Assembly (NCBI GenBank): GCA_951406725.2
Contig: OX597814.1
Coordinates: 109,058,001-109,122,000, forward strand
Direction of reading: 5' to 3'
DNA from: Octopus vulgaris
Taxonomy: Eukaryota
Length of the DNA: 64,000 nt
Under the pieces are notes generated by a model. It was not told the DNA's origin. It searched no databases and worked only from the letters and a program-made list of their open reading frames with translations. Within the stretch, counting starts at the first letter, position 1. The number at the start of each line of letters is the position of its first letter. The position numbers were made by a program, and so were the translations under genes. Below, one piece after another: positions 12,399-23,818 of the stretch.

Positions 12399-13148
12399 AA
12401 ATAACATCCATCCATGAATTTATTTATTTATTAATTTTTAAATACATATTTTATCTGTGAATTTGCACGTGTAATCTGGGAATGCATACAATGCCCTTCT
12501 CTGCCCTAGGTGTATGGAAAACACTCGGCGAGAAACGGAAGAAAATTTGAAGAAAGAAGGAAAAAACATAATAATAATGATTTCAAATTTTTGGATAAGG
12601 CCAGCAATTTTTTCAGGAGACTGGGTAAGTCAATTATATTGACCCCTTAGGGCTCAATTTGAATTCAGAAGGTAAAGGCAGATGAAGTGTCATTAAGCCT
12701 TTTGTTCAACTCACTAATGATTCTACCAGCTCACCACCCTAGCTTAATAATAATAATAATAATGATAATAATAATCCTTTCTGCTATAGACACAAGGCTT
12801 GAAATTTGGAGAAGAGGGTCAGGCAATTACATTGACCCACCCCACCACCAAACCGGGCTCAAATGGTACTTATTTTAGTGCCCTAGAAAAGATGAAAGGT
12901 CAAGTCAACATCAGCAACAAATGATACCAATAATAATGGTTTCAAATTTGGCACAAGGCCATTAATTTCAGGGGAAGGGTTAAGTCAATTATAGCAAACC
13001 TAGTGCATAACTGGTACTTATTTTATTGACCCCTAAAGAGTAAAGTCGACCTTGGCAGAATTTGAATTCAGAAAGTAAAGACAGATGAAATACCAGTAAG
13101 CGTTCTGCCTGATATGCTAATGATTCTGCCAGCTCAAATAAAAATAAT

Positions 13149-13520
13149 AAGAGCACTCAGAGAGCGCAAACCTCCACCAAGGCAACACCAACGTCCTCTC
13201 AACGATTAGCAGGAGATGATTTTTAGAATGAGAATATCTGAAATAAATTTGACTGTTCTCATAAACGAGGATACTAAAAATGAAGCTGTCTGCTCTCAAA
13301 ACTTAAGTAAAAAAAAACAGGAAGAATAATCCAGAATCCTTGTCCAGTACTGGATTGATCCATAAACCTAAGCAGTTTGTACCAGTCATGAGGCCAAACA
13401 TCTCTGAAAGTTTCATCTGAATTCATCCAGTGGTTCTTGAGATATCTAGACTATGGCCAAACAAACAAACATACATGACTGAAAACAATACCTCCACTTT
13501 TGCTAAGGCGGAGGTAATAA
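13149..13520 (-). mobile_element. Helentron-associated (HINE/DINE-like) non-autonomous element
   Basis: Subterminal inverted repeats acctcc(a/g)cc/ggcggaggt, terminal hairpin gcactc-aga-gagcgc and A/T-rich ends. Partial copies at about 9760-9973 and 11265-11450. Confidence 0.55.
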
Positions 13521-14279
13521 TAATAATAATAATAAAGGTTTCAAATTTTGTCACAAGGACAGCAATGTTGGTGGAAGGGGTGAATCAATTACATTGATCC
13601 CAGTGTTTCACTGGCATTTAGCTTATCGACCTCAAAAGGATAAAAAGCAAAGTCGACCTCAGTAGAATTTGAACCCAGAACATAGAGACAGAAGTACCGC
13701 TAAGCATTTCGTCCAGCATGCTAACAATTCTGTCAGGTCACCGCCTTAACAATAATAATAATAATAATAATAATCCTTTCCACTATAGGCACAAAGCTGC
13801 AATTTGATGGGGGAGGGGATTAGTTGATTACATTGACCCTAGTGCGTAACTGTTACTTATTTCATTGACCCCCTCCCCCCAAATGATGAAAGGCAAAGTC
13901 AACCTTGGTGGAATTTGATCTCAGAACGCAAGGACGGACGAAATGCTATTAAGCGTTTTGTCTGGCATGCTAATGATCCTGCAACTCGCTGCCTTAATAA
14001 TAACAACAACAACAATGGATTTTAATTTAGCCACAAGGCCAACAATTTTTGATGGGTTGTGGGTGAGTTGATTGCATGGATCTGAGTTCTTGACTGGTAC
14101 TGTATTTTAGTGACCTACTAAAGGAGAAGAGCATAGTTGGCCTAACCAGAACAAACACCCCCAAGGACTTTATTCTACCTTTCTAATAATCAATTCACTT
14201 CTGTTTTTTCCTGCAGTCAGTAACAGGCATTGTCTAGAGAAAACAATATGTACCAATGTCCCTGGTGTAGGTTCTCGCA

Positions 14280-14480
14280 GTAGCTATGAGGGCCTGCGAG
14301 GAACACAAGGACCTGCAATGGCCATGAGGGTTTGCAGTGGTCATGAGGGTTTGCAGAGGCTATGAGAACCTGCAGAGGTCAAGGGGCCAGTAGCAGCCAT
14401 GAGGATTTATAGTGGTTTTAGCAGGAGATGCAGGTGGTTCTGCAAGCTGGAAGGGATCATGAAGACCTGCTTGTAGGGGC
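14280..14480. repeat. Degenerate ~20-bp minisatellite (ggccatgagggtttgcagt-like)
   Basis: About 8-10 visible degenerate units. Confidence 0.7.
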
Positions 14481-14571
14481 CAGAAGCAAAAGACCTTCCA
14501 CCAAACCAAACCAAACCAAGCAAAAAAAAAAGTTAAATCGTCCAGAATTTAATAGAGAAACACCACAATAC

Positions 14572-14820
14572 CTGAAAATATCATCAGAGCCAGGTGAACT
14601 GAGTCCAAACAATGGAGAAGGAATAGCAAACTGTGACAAACGATGGGCTGATTTTTTCTTTTCTGCACTTCTTCGTTTAGCAGAATCGGAAGCAAGTTTT
14701 GCTTTTTCACCTTTTGCTTTTGGTCGACTGGTCTGGGTTGTTCGTTCTCCTTTCTCTTTCTCAATAACCTGCACGTCTTCAATATCAGATTCTTTAAACT
14801 TTTCCTCAAAGCCAATGTTT
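14572..14820 (-). CDS. HYDIN: HYDIN coding exon (249 nt, phase 2-2; NIGFEEKFKESDIEDVQVIEKEKGE...SSPGSDDIF)
   Basis: Acceptor caaatag and donor gtatt. Open, charged linker at the expected position between conserved blocks, with consistent phases. Confidence 0.8.
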
Positions 14821-14874
14821 CTATTTGTTTAAATAAAATGGAGATTTCTATTAATCTTAAACAATCAGATTACA

Positions 14875-15463
14875 ATAAAGATTGTTTGCCAACATAACAT
14901 GGCAGTCCTAGATGAGGACAAATGTTGCTGTAATTTAGCCCCAGGACACAGATCATGTTGTATAGCCAGCTGGAGACAATGTCTCCTGGGGTTAAATTAC
15001 AGCAACATTCGTCCTAAACCAGGACTGCCATGTTATATTGGCAAATAATCTTTACTCCAAAATACTGTTGCTGAATATCTCTTGTGAAATTTAAAAAATA
15101 GTAATTTTCTAATTTATAAATCAGTGACTAGCTGTCTGTTTGGAAACTATATATTTTGAACGGGAATTTGGCAGTGCCACCTCTAGCCAATTATTCTGTG
15201 CTGATGAAAGGAAATAATCTGGAAATCGAGATACACGGATATTGTTTTGAGCTGAGTGGGGGTTCTAAATGCCCTTGTTCGAAAATATAAGGACACAGAT
15301 CGTGTCGTATAGCCAGCTGGAGATGATGTCTCCTGGGGCTAAAGTACAGCAACATTCGTCCTAAACCAGGACTGCCATGTTATGTTGGCAAACAATCTTT
15401 ACTTACAAAATACTGTTGCTGAATATCTCTTGTTGTGAGATTAAAAAATAGTAATTTTCTAAT
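14875..15463 (+). mobile_element. Retrozyme/Penelope-pLTR-like insertion (5' inverted segment plus 1.5 copies of a 347-bp unit) with 10-bp TSD
   Basis: TCAGATTACA at 14865-14874 and 15464-15473. 14943-15114 is repeated at 15290-15463, and 14876-14945 is the inverse of about 14984-15054. Contains a hammerhead-like motif. Confidence 0.7.
15195..15239 (+). ncRNA. Candidate minimal type I hammerhead ribozyme
   Basis: tctgtg-CTGATGA-aaggaaataatctg-GAAA-tc-ga-ga-TA-cacgga. Stem I is 6 bp, stem II is weak and stem III is tiny. Confidence 0.5.
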
Positions 15464-17412
15464 TCAGATTACACTTGTCAAATGTAATGCTTATTTATCC
15501 ATTCATCATCATCATCATCATCATCATTTCACATCCATTTTCCCTGCTGCTATGGATTGGACAGTTTGACAGGAGCTGCATCAAATTCCATTTACCTGTT
15601 TGGCAAGGTTTCTACAGCTTAATGCCTTTCCTAATGCCAACCACATCACAGAGTGGACAGTACATTTCGCATGGCACTGGCACCAGCAGGGCTGCCATGT
15701 TGTTTTGAATTAATCAATGATCTCATCGCTTTGAAATTCCAATGATGAGATTGTTTTCTTTAGAATGACATTGTCGGGCAGGTGTGACAGGCCAGATCTG
15801 GCCAACTTGAACATAAAACAAGTAGAATATAGTAATTTACAACATTGGTAGACTTCGACAGAGATTTTGAAAGAATAAATTTAGTAAATATCAATGTTTC
15901 AAAGTATTAGCTTTTTTATGCAGCAGCAGCAGCAACCGCAGCCGTCGTCATCATCGTTTTAATGTCGACTTTCCATGTTCTCATGGATCAGAGTCTAGTG
16001 AGGCAGACTTTCTATGGCTGAAGCCATTCCTGTCACCAACATTCACCTGTTTCTAAGCAATGTAATATTTTCACCATGGCTATTCTTTTATTCTTTTACT
16101 TGTCTCAGTCATTTGACTGCAGCCATGCTGGAGCACTACTTTTAGTCAAACAAATCGACCCCAGACTTATTCTTTGTAAACCCAACAGATTTCCATTGGT
16201 CTCTTTTGCCAAACCGCTAGATTTTGTGGATGTAAACACACCAACATCAGTTGTCAAATAATGGCAGGGGGATAAACACAGACACACAAGCATCATCATC
16301 ATCATCATTTAACATCCACTTTCCATGCTGGCATGGGTTGGACAGTTTGACCAATGGCTGGCGAGCCAGAAGGCAGCACCAGGCTCCAATCTGATATAGC
16401 ATATACATATATATACACAATCATACACACCTGTGTGTGTGTGTGTGTGTGTATATATACATATATAAATTGGCTAGTGCAGTATTTCTTGACCCACTTT
16501 TGGGAGTGGCACCGGCACATCTGGAAGAAAAGCAACAGCCTTTTGTTTACTGGAAGACTAATGGCTTTTTGGAGGGACCTTTTGGCCTTGTGGGGTCAAT
16601 TGGGGGTCAGAGAGATGTGAGGGCCGAAGAAGAGGAAGAATCTAGCAGTAGTGGGAAAGATAGAGTAAGGGATCTGAGAGCTGTCATGAGAGAATGACAG
16701 CAGCAGTGCGATAGAGATAGGCAGTTAGGGCTGAGAGCAGATAGAGAGGGTATAAGCAGTAGAGACAGATGGAGGGGTAGTGATAGAGGGTCAGTTGGTA
16801 TTCGGTCGTCAAAGAGGACAGTTGGATTTTGGTTGTCAGGGCAGGCGGTTGGGATGCGAGAGCTGGGCAGGTTGGAGCTAGCAGCGCAGAAGGGGATATA
16901 TACAGAGGAATAAGCGATACAGAGAGAGATGAACTACAATATGGGACACTGGCCATTCTAATTAGGAATTAAGGTATTTAATTGTATTGTTACGTGTTAC
17001 GATGTAAAAGAAAAAAAAGAGAAAGAAGAAAGAGAAAGAAGAAAATAGAAAAAGACTTTAAAGAACTGTGAACGTTATCTGTTGATGTGATTTGAAAAAG
17101 AACTGTGTCGCTACCGGACTGTTATATTGTTACTTGCATGTTTAAATGCTTTGATCTGTTGTATACCTGTATTGATTTGTTGTTTCCTTTAAATGCTTTG
17201 ATGTTGTAACAATTGATTGTCATATAAACTAGTTGTTAAATGTAAGCCAGTTGTTAAATGTAAGCCAGTTGTTGCCTTGCCGTTTTGTGTCTCTCTCGGT
17301 TGCCTCTCTGTATCTCTCTGTGCTGCTGCGGTTGTGTCTATCTCTCCTCTCTCTGGGTTCCGTGGCGAACTTGCCCGTTCAGGCAAGCGGCGACGGGTGA
17401 TTCCATAATAAT

Positions 17413-17431
17413 TGGTGTCAGAAGTGGGATT
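17413..17431 (+). other. Primer-binding site complementary to the tRNA-Leu 3' end
   Basis: TGGTGTCAGAAGTGGGATT starts 2 nt after the 5' LTR. It is the reverse complement of the recalled metazoan tRNA-Leu end AATCCCACTTCTGACACCA. Confidence 0.88.
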
Positions 17432-18501
17432 GTCCTGATTGCTGCGCTCGATCGGCTTTTTCGCTATGGATTCGTCTGGTTGTCAGACCGGAGACGAGGA
17501 GATTTCACTTGCCTTGATTGTGGAGATGTTGAGGGGCCAGATGATGCAGACGAACGCATTCTTAGAAAGAATGGACAGATCAGCAGGAGCTTGAGGTTGC
17601 GGATGGGTCAGCTTTGGAGGATCGGTGTTGGACCGGGGATAGCGACGGTCCTGTGGGCGGAGATTGCCCGTCAAATGAGGCGTCAAGTGAAGAGTGTGGG
17701 TCGGAAGAACCCTTTGAAGTGGCTGCTGAAATTTGTGACGCTGGACATGAGGGAAGTGTTGCGGAACCTGGGTTGGTTGCTGAAATTTGTGATGCTGTAC
17801 CCAAGAAATCTTGTGATTTGGAACCCGTAAAGGTTGAGGAATCCGAAAGGCCTGTTGAAGGTGTTATGGCTGATGCTGTTGTTCCGTGTCTGGAGCCCTT
17901 GGCATCTCGACCCCTGTCTCTCGGAGCTCAGGACGAAGAGCTGGCGAAGCCTGGAGCGGTTGTCGCTGAATCCGAGGTTCCGGCTCTGTGTGTAATGGTG
18001 GCGGCAGGTGTTGTGCCGTGTGCGAGTCCTTTGGTGTCTGGGCCCCTGTCTCTCGGGGCTCAGAAGGACTGTATGGTTCCCACTGTGGAGAGACCACAGG
18101 CGTGGATGGACTGGCAGCCGAGCGTGCGTGTTGTGAGGCCTTCGGTGCAGAAGCTGGTGAGGAAAAGGACCAGGCCTGGTGGCGAGGCGAGACGGTTACG
18201 AGCGGTGGTGGGTCCACCAAGACCAGGAAGACTGCTTCAGTGTTGGGTGAGCTTTGTGGTTGATGGCTGCTTGGGGCCGGTGGAGCCCGACAGGCAGTGC
18301 ATAGTAAAAGCTCAATTGAGGGTCGGGTGGACCCTAGTGGAAGCAGAAGCTGGCAGAGCGCTGGCTGGGTCAGCCGATCTTTTGGAAGTGGCACAGGCGA
18401 TTTGTAGAAGGCAAATCGAGGAATTGTGCCAGATGGCGAACCAGTGGTGGGGCCAGTTCTGCTGATACGGCAACGCAGTTGAAGGAGATGGTGGCCCACT
18501 G

Positions 18502-19335
18502 ATGCAGTTGCGGAAGCGGTCCGCAAGGAGTCGCTGGTGCTTGGTTGGCACTCGGGTGAGCTCTGTATTCGATGGTTGCGTGGGGCCGGTGGAGATCGAC
18601 AGGCAGTGCAGAGTAAGAGCTCAATTAAGGGTCGGCTGGACCCTGGTGGAAGCAGAAGTTGACAGAACGCTGGTTGGGTCGGCCGATTTACTGAAGGCTG
18701 CGCAGGCGATTTGCAGAGGGCAAATCATGGAACTGCGCCGGAAGGTGAACCAGCGGCGGGGCCAGTTCTGCCGGTGCAGTGATGCAGTTGAAGGAGATGG
18801 TGGTCCACTGATGCAGTTGCGGAAGAAGCAACCGTTGGTGAAAAGCACAGGACGCTGGTCGCGAGGGTTGTCGGATGTTGGTCGCACGAACATGATGGAG
18901 TGCTTCATCAACCAAGGCAGTCGTCGCTTGAGGAAGCAGCGAGGCCGGAGGAAAGTCCCAGTACGGCAGCGAAAGAGGAGATATCGGCGACAGGGAACAG
19001 TGGAAAAGCGGAATGATCCTTGGTCGTCGGCGATAGTTGCGCGGAATGGGGATGGCACAGCGAGATGCTATGTGGGATATAGAGCCCTGAGGAAGGTGGC
19101 CATTGTGAAGGATTGGCCGGACCCTGCCTGTGTGAGGGATTTGGGGAACTTCCTCGGACGGTGCGCCTATTGTAGGTGGCTAGTAGGAAGCCTGGCAGCC
19201 TTGGCAGAGGTGTTACCCAAGCCGCAGAGGGAGGGTGCCAACCTGTGGCCGGTGGTGAAGTGGTGGCCGTGGGAGGTGAGACCCCCGGAGGAGAAACCAC
19301 CCAAGAGGACCTCCAGTTCCTGGAGCGTCTGCTAG
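18502..19335 (+). pseudogene. Degenerate, internally deleted Gypsy pol remnant
   Basis: PWSSAIVARNGDGTARCYVGYRAL resembles SPWSSPIVLV.KKDG..RFCVDYR.L. It is joined directly to VAIVKDWPDPACVRDLGNFLGRCAYCRWLV, which resembles V..WP.P..VKELRSFLGL..YYRRFV. No YxDD motif. Confidence 0.7.
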
Positions 19336-19389
19336 AGCTCGCCTTCGGAGGTGCGAGTTTGTTATGCTTTTGTCGGGTCGACAAAGCTT

Positions 19390-19402
19390 AGGTAGGGGGT
19401 AG
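19390..19402 (+). other. Polypurine tract of the LTR element
   Basis: aggtagggggtag lies immediately before the TG of the 3' LTR. Confidence 0.75.
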
Positions 19403-20599
19403 TGTTATGGTTTGGCTAGTACAGTATTTCTTGACCCACTTTTGGGAGTGGCACCGGCACATCTGGAAGAAAAGCAACAGCCTTTTGTTTACTGGAAGAG
19501 TAATGGCTTTTTGGAGGGACCTTTTGGCCTTGTGGGGTCAATTGGGGGTCAGAGAGATGTGAGGGCCGAAGAAGAGGAAGAATCTAGCAGTAGTGAGAAA
19601 GATAGAGTAAGGGATCTGAGAGCTGTCATGAGAGAATGACAGCAGCAGTGCGATAGAGATAGGCAGTTAGGGCTGAGAGCAGATAGAGAGGGTATAAGCA
19701 GTAGAGACAGATGGAGGGGTAGTGATAGAGGGTCAGTTGGTATTCGGTCGTCAAAGAGGACAGTTGGATTTTGGTTGTCAGGGCAGGCGGTTGGGATGCG
19801 AGAGCTGGGCAGGTTGGAGCTAGCAGCGCAGAAAGGGATATATACAGAGGAATAAGCTGTACAGAGAGAGATGAACTACAATATGGGACACTGGCCATTC
19901 TAATTAGGAATTAAGGTATTTAATTGTATTGTTACGTGTTACGATGTAAAAGAAAAAAAAGAGAAAGAAGAAAGAGAAAGAAGAAAATAGAAAAAGACTT
20001 TAAAGAACTGTGAACGTTATCTGTTGATGTGATTTGAAAAAGAACTGTGTCGCTACCGGACTGTTATATTGTTACTTGCATGTTTAAATGCTTTGATCTG
20101 TTGTATACCTGTATTGATTTGTTGTTTCCTTTAAATGCTTTGATGTTGTAACAATTGATTGTCATATAAACTAGTTGTTAAATGTAAGCCAGTTGTTAAA
20201 TGTAAGCCAGTTGTTGCCTTGCCGTTTTGTGTCTCTCTCGGTTGCCTCTCTGTATCTCTCTGTGCTGCTGCGGTTGTTGTTGTGTCTATCTCTCCTCTCT
20301 CTGGGTTCTGTGGCGAACTTGCCCGTTCGGGCGAGCGGCGACGGGTAATTCTGTAACAATACCATTATCTGGCATCGAGATAATGGTATATATGCAATAT
20401 TCCAATATCCTTTGAGTAGAATCCAAAAGTCCAACAGAGTTTAATATGAGTCCTTCCAAATATAGAGTTTATAAGCAATGTAAGATTCCCTTATGAGTGA
20501 GATCCAGCAGATTTTTAAACTTGGTTATTTGCAGTTGGGAATTTATATACAGTGTTGCAGAGTCAAAGGCTTGTATTTAAAATGATCTAGAAATAGGGA

Positions 20600-21022
20600 G
20601 TCGTGGTTAGAATGACTGACGAACGACTTCCCAAACAGATCTTCTACTCCCAAGTCAAAGACGGCAAGCGTACAAAAGGAGGCCAGAAGAAACGCTACAA
20701 GGACTCCCTGAAACCGAACCTCAAAAAGTGTGACATTGACTTCACCAACTGGGAGGAAACGGCAAAAAACAGACCACTCTGGAAAACCACCATCCACGAG
20801 GGAACGGCGAATTTCGAGTCGAAAAGGTCTGCAGAGCTGGAGGAGAAAAGACGACGACGGCGGAAGGAGCGCCAACAACAACCATGTGCGACTCTCCCTT
20901 CAGGCACTAGATGTCCGCACTGTGACCGATCTTTTCGAGCAAGAATTGGTCTTATCAGTCACCTGCGGACTCACCAATAAATTTGCGCGAAGACCATCAT
21001 CCTCGACCTTGAGGGATTGCCA
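20600..21022 (+). mobile_element. RTE-clade LINE 3' fragment with C-terminal C2H2 finger
   Basis: VRMTDERLPKQIFYSQVKDGKRTKGGQKKRYKDSLK...CPHCDRSFRARIGLISHLRTH, a typical RTE C-terminus. Confidence 0.88.
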
Positions 21023-21162
21023 TAGTATATACCATTATGCCTATAAAACGGATTTACAACTTCAATACCCATACATATCTTGCATATATTTTCTTTCCTC
21101 CACCTCACACTCTGTTTTGTATCACATCTAAACTAACTATGACTTAACTTTCCTCTCACACC

Positions 21163-21214
21163 GTTTCCGATGAAGGGATATTATTAATTAATATCCTAGA
21201 AACGGCTGTAAGAC
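21163..21214 (+). ncRNA. Degenerate hammerhead-like motif (CCGATGA core)
   Basis: gttt-CCGATGA-ag-ggatatta-ttaat-taatatcc-ta-GAAAC-ggct-GTA-agac. Confidence 0.45.
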
Positions 21215-21278
21215 CTATCTATAAATGCTCTAATATCTATACAGCCTTGGTTTTTTTAAATCTTATTACGCAAAAAAT

Positions 21279-21314
<36 letters not shown>

Positions 21315-22773
21315 CAGGCTTCTTTCAGTTTCCATCAACCAAATCCACTCACAAGGCTTCGGTTGGCCTGAGGCTATAGGAGATACTTGCCCAAAGTGCC
21401 ACGCAGTGGGACTGAACCTGGAAACATGTAGTAGGAAAGCAAGCTTCCTACCATACAGCTATGCCTGGGGAAGATTTTAATAATAATCATATCTTTTACT
21501 TGTTTCAGTCATTAGACTGTGGCCCTGCTGGGGCACTGCCTTCAGTGATTTCAGTTGAATGAAACGAATCGACCCGAGTACTTTTTACATAATCTGGTAG
21601 TTATTCCATCAGTCAACTGCCAAGTTATAGGGACATAAACACACCAAAGCCACTTATCAAGCAACGGTGGGGGACAAACACACACACACACACACACAAC
21701 AAATTTACTCACAAGGCTTTGGTCAGTCTAAGGCTATTGTAGAAAATACTTGCAGTGGGACTGAACCTATAACCATGTGGATGAGAAGCAAATATATTAC
21801 AACACAACTACACCTGCACCAATATAAATATTAAAAATGTTTTCACCACTAAAGATAAGTCGAACGGAGCAAACAATTATAATCTCTAGAATCACCCTTT
21901 TAATCTCACTTTAGTTGCCTTTATTCCACCATTAAACAGGGAGAAAGACTATGAGGATTTCTCTTCCACCAGATACCCACCCATCTTAGCAGTTTCTTGA
22001 CCAGTTCATTATTATATTTGACATGTAAAAGTCATTAATTAACTTTGATAGATAAAGAGGAAAAAAATTAAAACATTGAAAGCTTTTTAAAAATTATATC
22101 TCATGCTAACATGCTATCTTAAAGATAGCATGTTGGTAAACCTATGCATATATATCCGCTGGATGTGTAATGCCAGTGTGCATACATGACAGAGTGTAAG
22201 CGCCCTGAGAAAAAAGTTGGATTTAAGAAGCATCAGATGTGGTGTGCAAGAGAGACAACTGCACTGGTATGGTCATGAGTTGTGAATGAATGAAGACAGC
22301 TGTATGGAAAAGTGTTACAACCTAGCAGATGAGGAAACCTGTGGAAGAGGTGGTGTCACATGAAAAGCACTGGTGATGGTGCCACATAAAAATCGCTGAT
22401 GATAGCGCCATTTAAAAAACACTGGTGATGGTTCCACATAAAAGGCACTGGTGAGGGTGCCACATAAAAAGCACCAGCAATGGTGTCGTGTAAAAAGCAC
22501 CTAGTACACTCTGTCAAGTGACTGGGACTAAGAAGGATATGCAGCTGTAGAAACCATGCCACAACAAATGGAATCTAGTGTGGCACCTCCTGGCCTTACC
22601 AGCTCGTCAAACCAGCCAACCCAAAACCAGCAAGGGAAACTGATGTTAAATGATGATGATACATACGTGTGTGTGTGTGTGTGTGTGTGTGTACATATTG
22701 ATATACACACATACACACACACATACATAACTGCATTTTCTTTCGGTTATATAACATTGTAAACCATACTTAC

Positions 22774-22925
22774 GGATCTGAAGGAGAAGAGGCCACAAAT
22801 ATGTATTGTTTCGATATCTCAGGCCCAGCTGGAGGTTTTCTCTTCAATGGATATTGCACAACAGCAAATGTAGATGGGGGTGGTATAGGTGGACCTTTGG
22901 GGCCTAAACCCAGGCCATCCAAAAC
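22774..22925 (-). CDS. HYDIN: HYDIN coding exon (152 nt, phase 0-2; VLDGLGLGPKGPPIPPPSTFAVVQYPLKRKPP...SSPSDP)
   Basis: Acceptor ttttgttag and donor gtaagt. Matches recalled HYDIN LDILGLGASGPPIPPPALFSIVSYPVKR. Absent from the ORF track. Confidence 0.93.
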
Positions 22926-23085
22926 CTAACAAAACAGAATGTAAAATTCATAAACATTCAACTAAGAAAATGTCAGCAAAAGCAATAACAGCAGTTTCAT
23001 ATTTTGGGGACTTTTGAGGGGAGGGGCTTTGGTCATTACCATCAACCTCAGTACTTGACTGGTATTTTCTTTAATTAGAACGATG

Positions 23086-23285
23086 GGCGAAATGCTTAGC
23101 GGTATTTCGTCTGCCGCTACGTTCTGAGTTCAATTTCCGCCGAGGTCGACTTTGCCCTTCATCCTTTCGGGGTCGATTAAATAAGTACCAGTTATGCACT
23201 GGGGTCAATATAATTGACTTAATCCGTTTGTCTGTCCTTGTTTGTCCTCTCTGTGTTTAGCCCCTTGTGGGTGGTAAAGAAACAG
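23086..23285 (+). mobile_element. tRNA-derived SINE family B, well-preserved plus-strand copy
   Basis: gagttcaatttccgccgaggtcgactttgcccttcatcctttcggggtcgattaaataagtaccag; CpGs retained. Confidence 0.75.
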
Positions 23286-23787
23286 GTATTTTCTTTTATC
23301 AAGCCAAGAGGAATGAAAGCAAAGTTGACTCTCACCATGGAATTTGAACTCAGAACATGGTGAGTAGGAATAAATGCTGCAAAGTATTTTCCTAATGCTC
23401 CAAGAATTCTACCGGTTTGCTGCCTTAATCCTCCTCCTCATCATCCTCATGGTTTAATGCTCTCTTTCCATGCTGGTATGGGTTGGATGGTTTAACAGGA
23501 ACTGGCAAGTCAGAAGACTGCACCAAGCTCTGCCATCTGGATTTGGCTTGGTTCCCATGGTTGGATGCCCTTCCTAACACTAGCAACCACTTTATGGGTG
23601 TGTGCCAGGTGCTTTATATGTGGCACCATCAGCATTGAGATTAGCAATTAACTTGGGGGACAAGACCCACCCCACTCAACTGAGGGGAAGAGGAAGAGTA
23701 TTGAGGGAAGTGATGAGGGAGTATGAATGGAGGGACAGGAACAGGGGTTTCGCAGTAGAGGAAGAGATACAATGGCTACCTTGAATG

Positions 23788-23818
<31 letters not shown>

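Larger units (their letters stand above)
16461..20358 (+). mobile_element. Non-autonomous Gypsy-type LTR retrotransposon (two ~950-bp LTRs, ~2-kb internal region)
   Basis: Near-identical direct repeats at about 16470-17410 and 19403-20358. The 3' LTR runs TGTTA...TAACA. PBS and polypurine tract are present, with degenerate RT motifs inside. Possible ATAC TSD. Confidence 0.9.
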
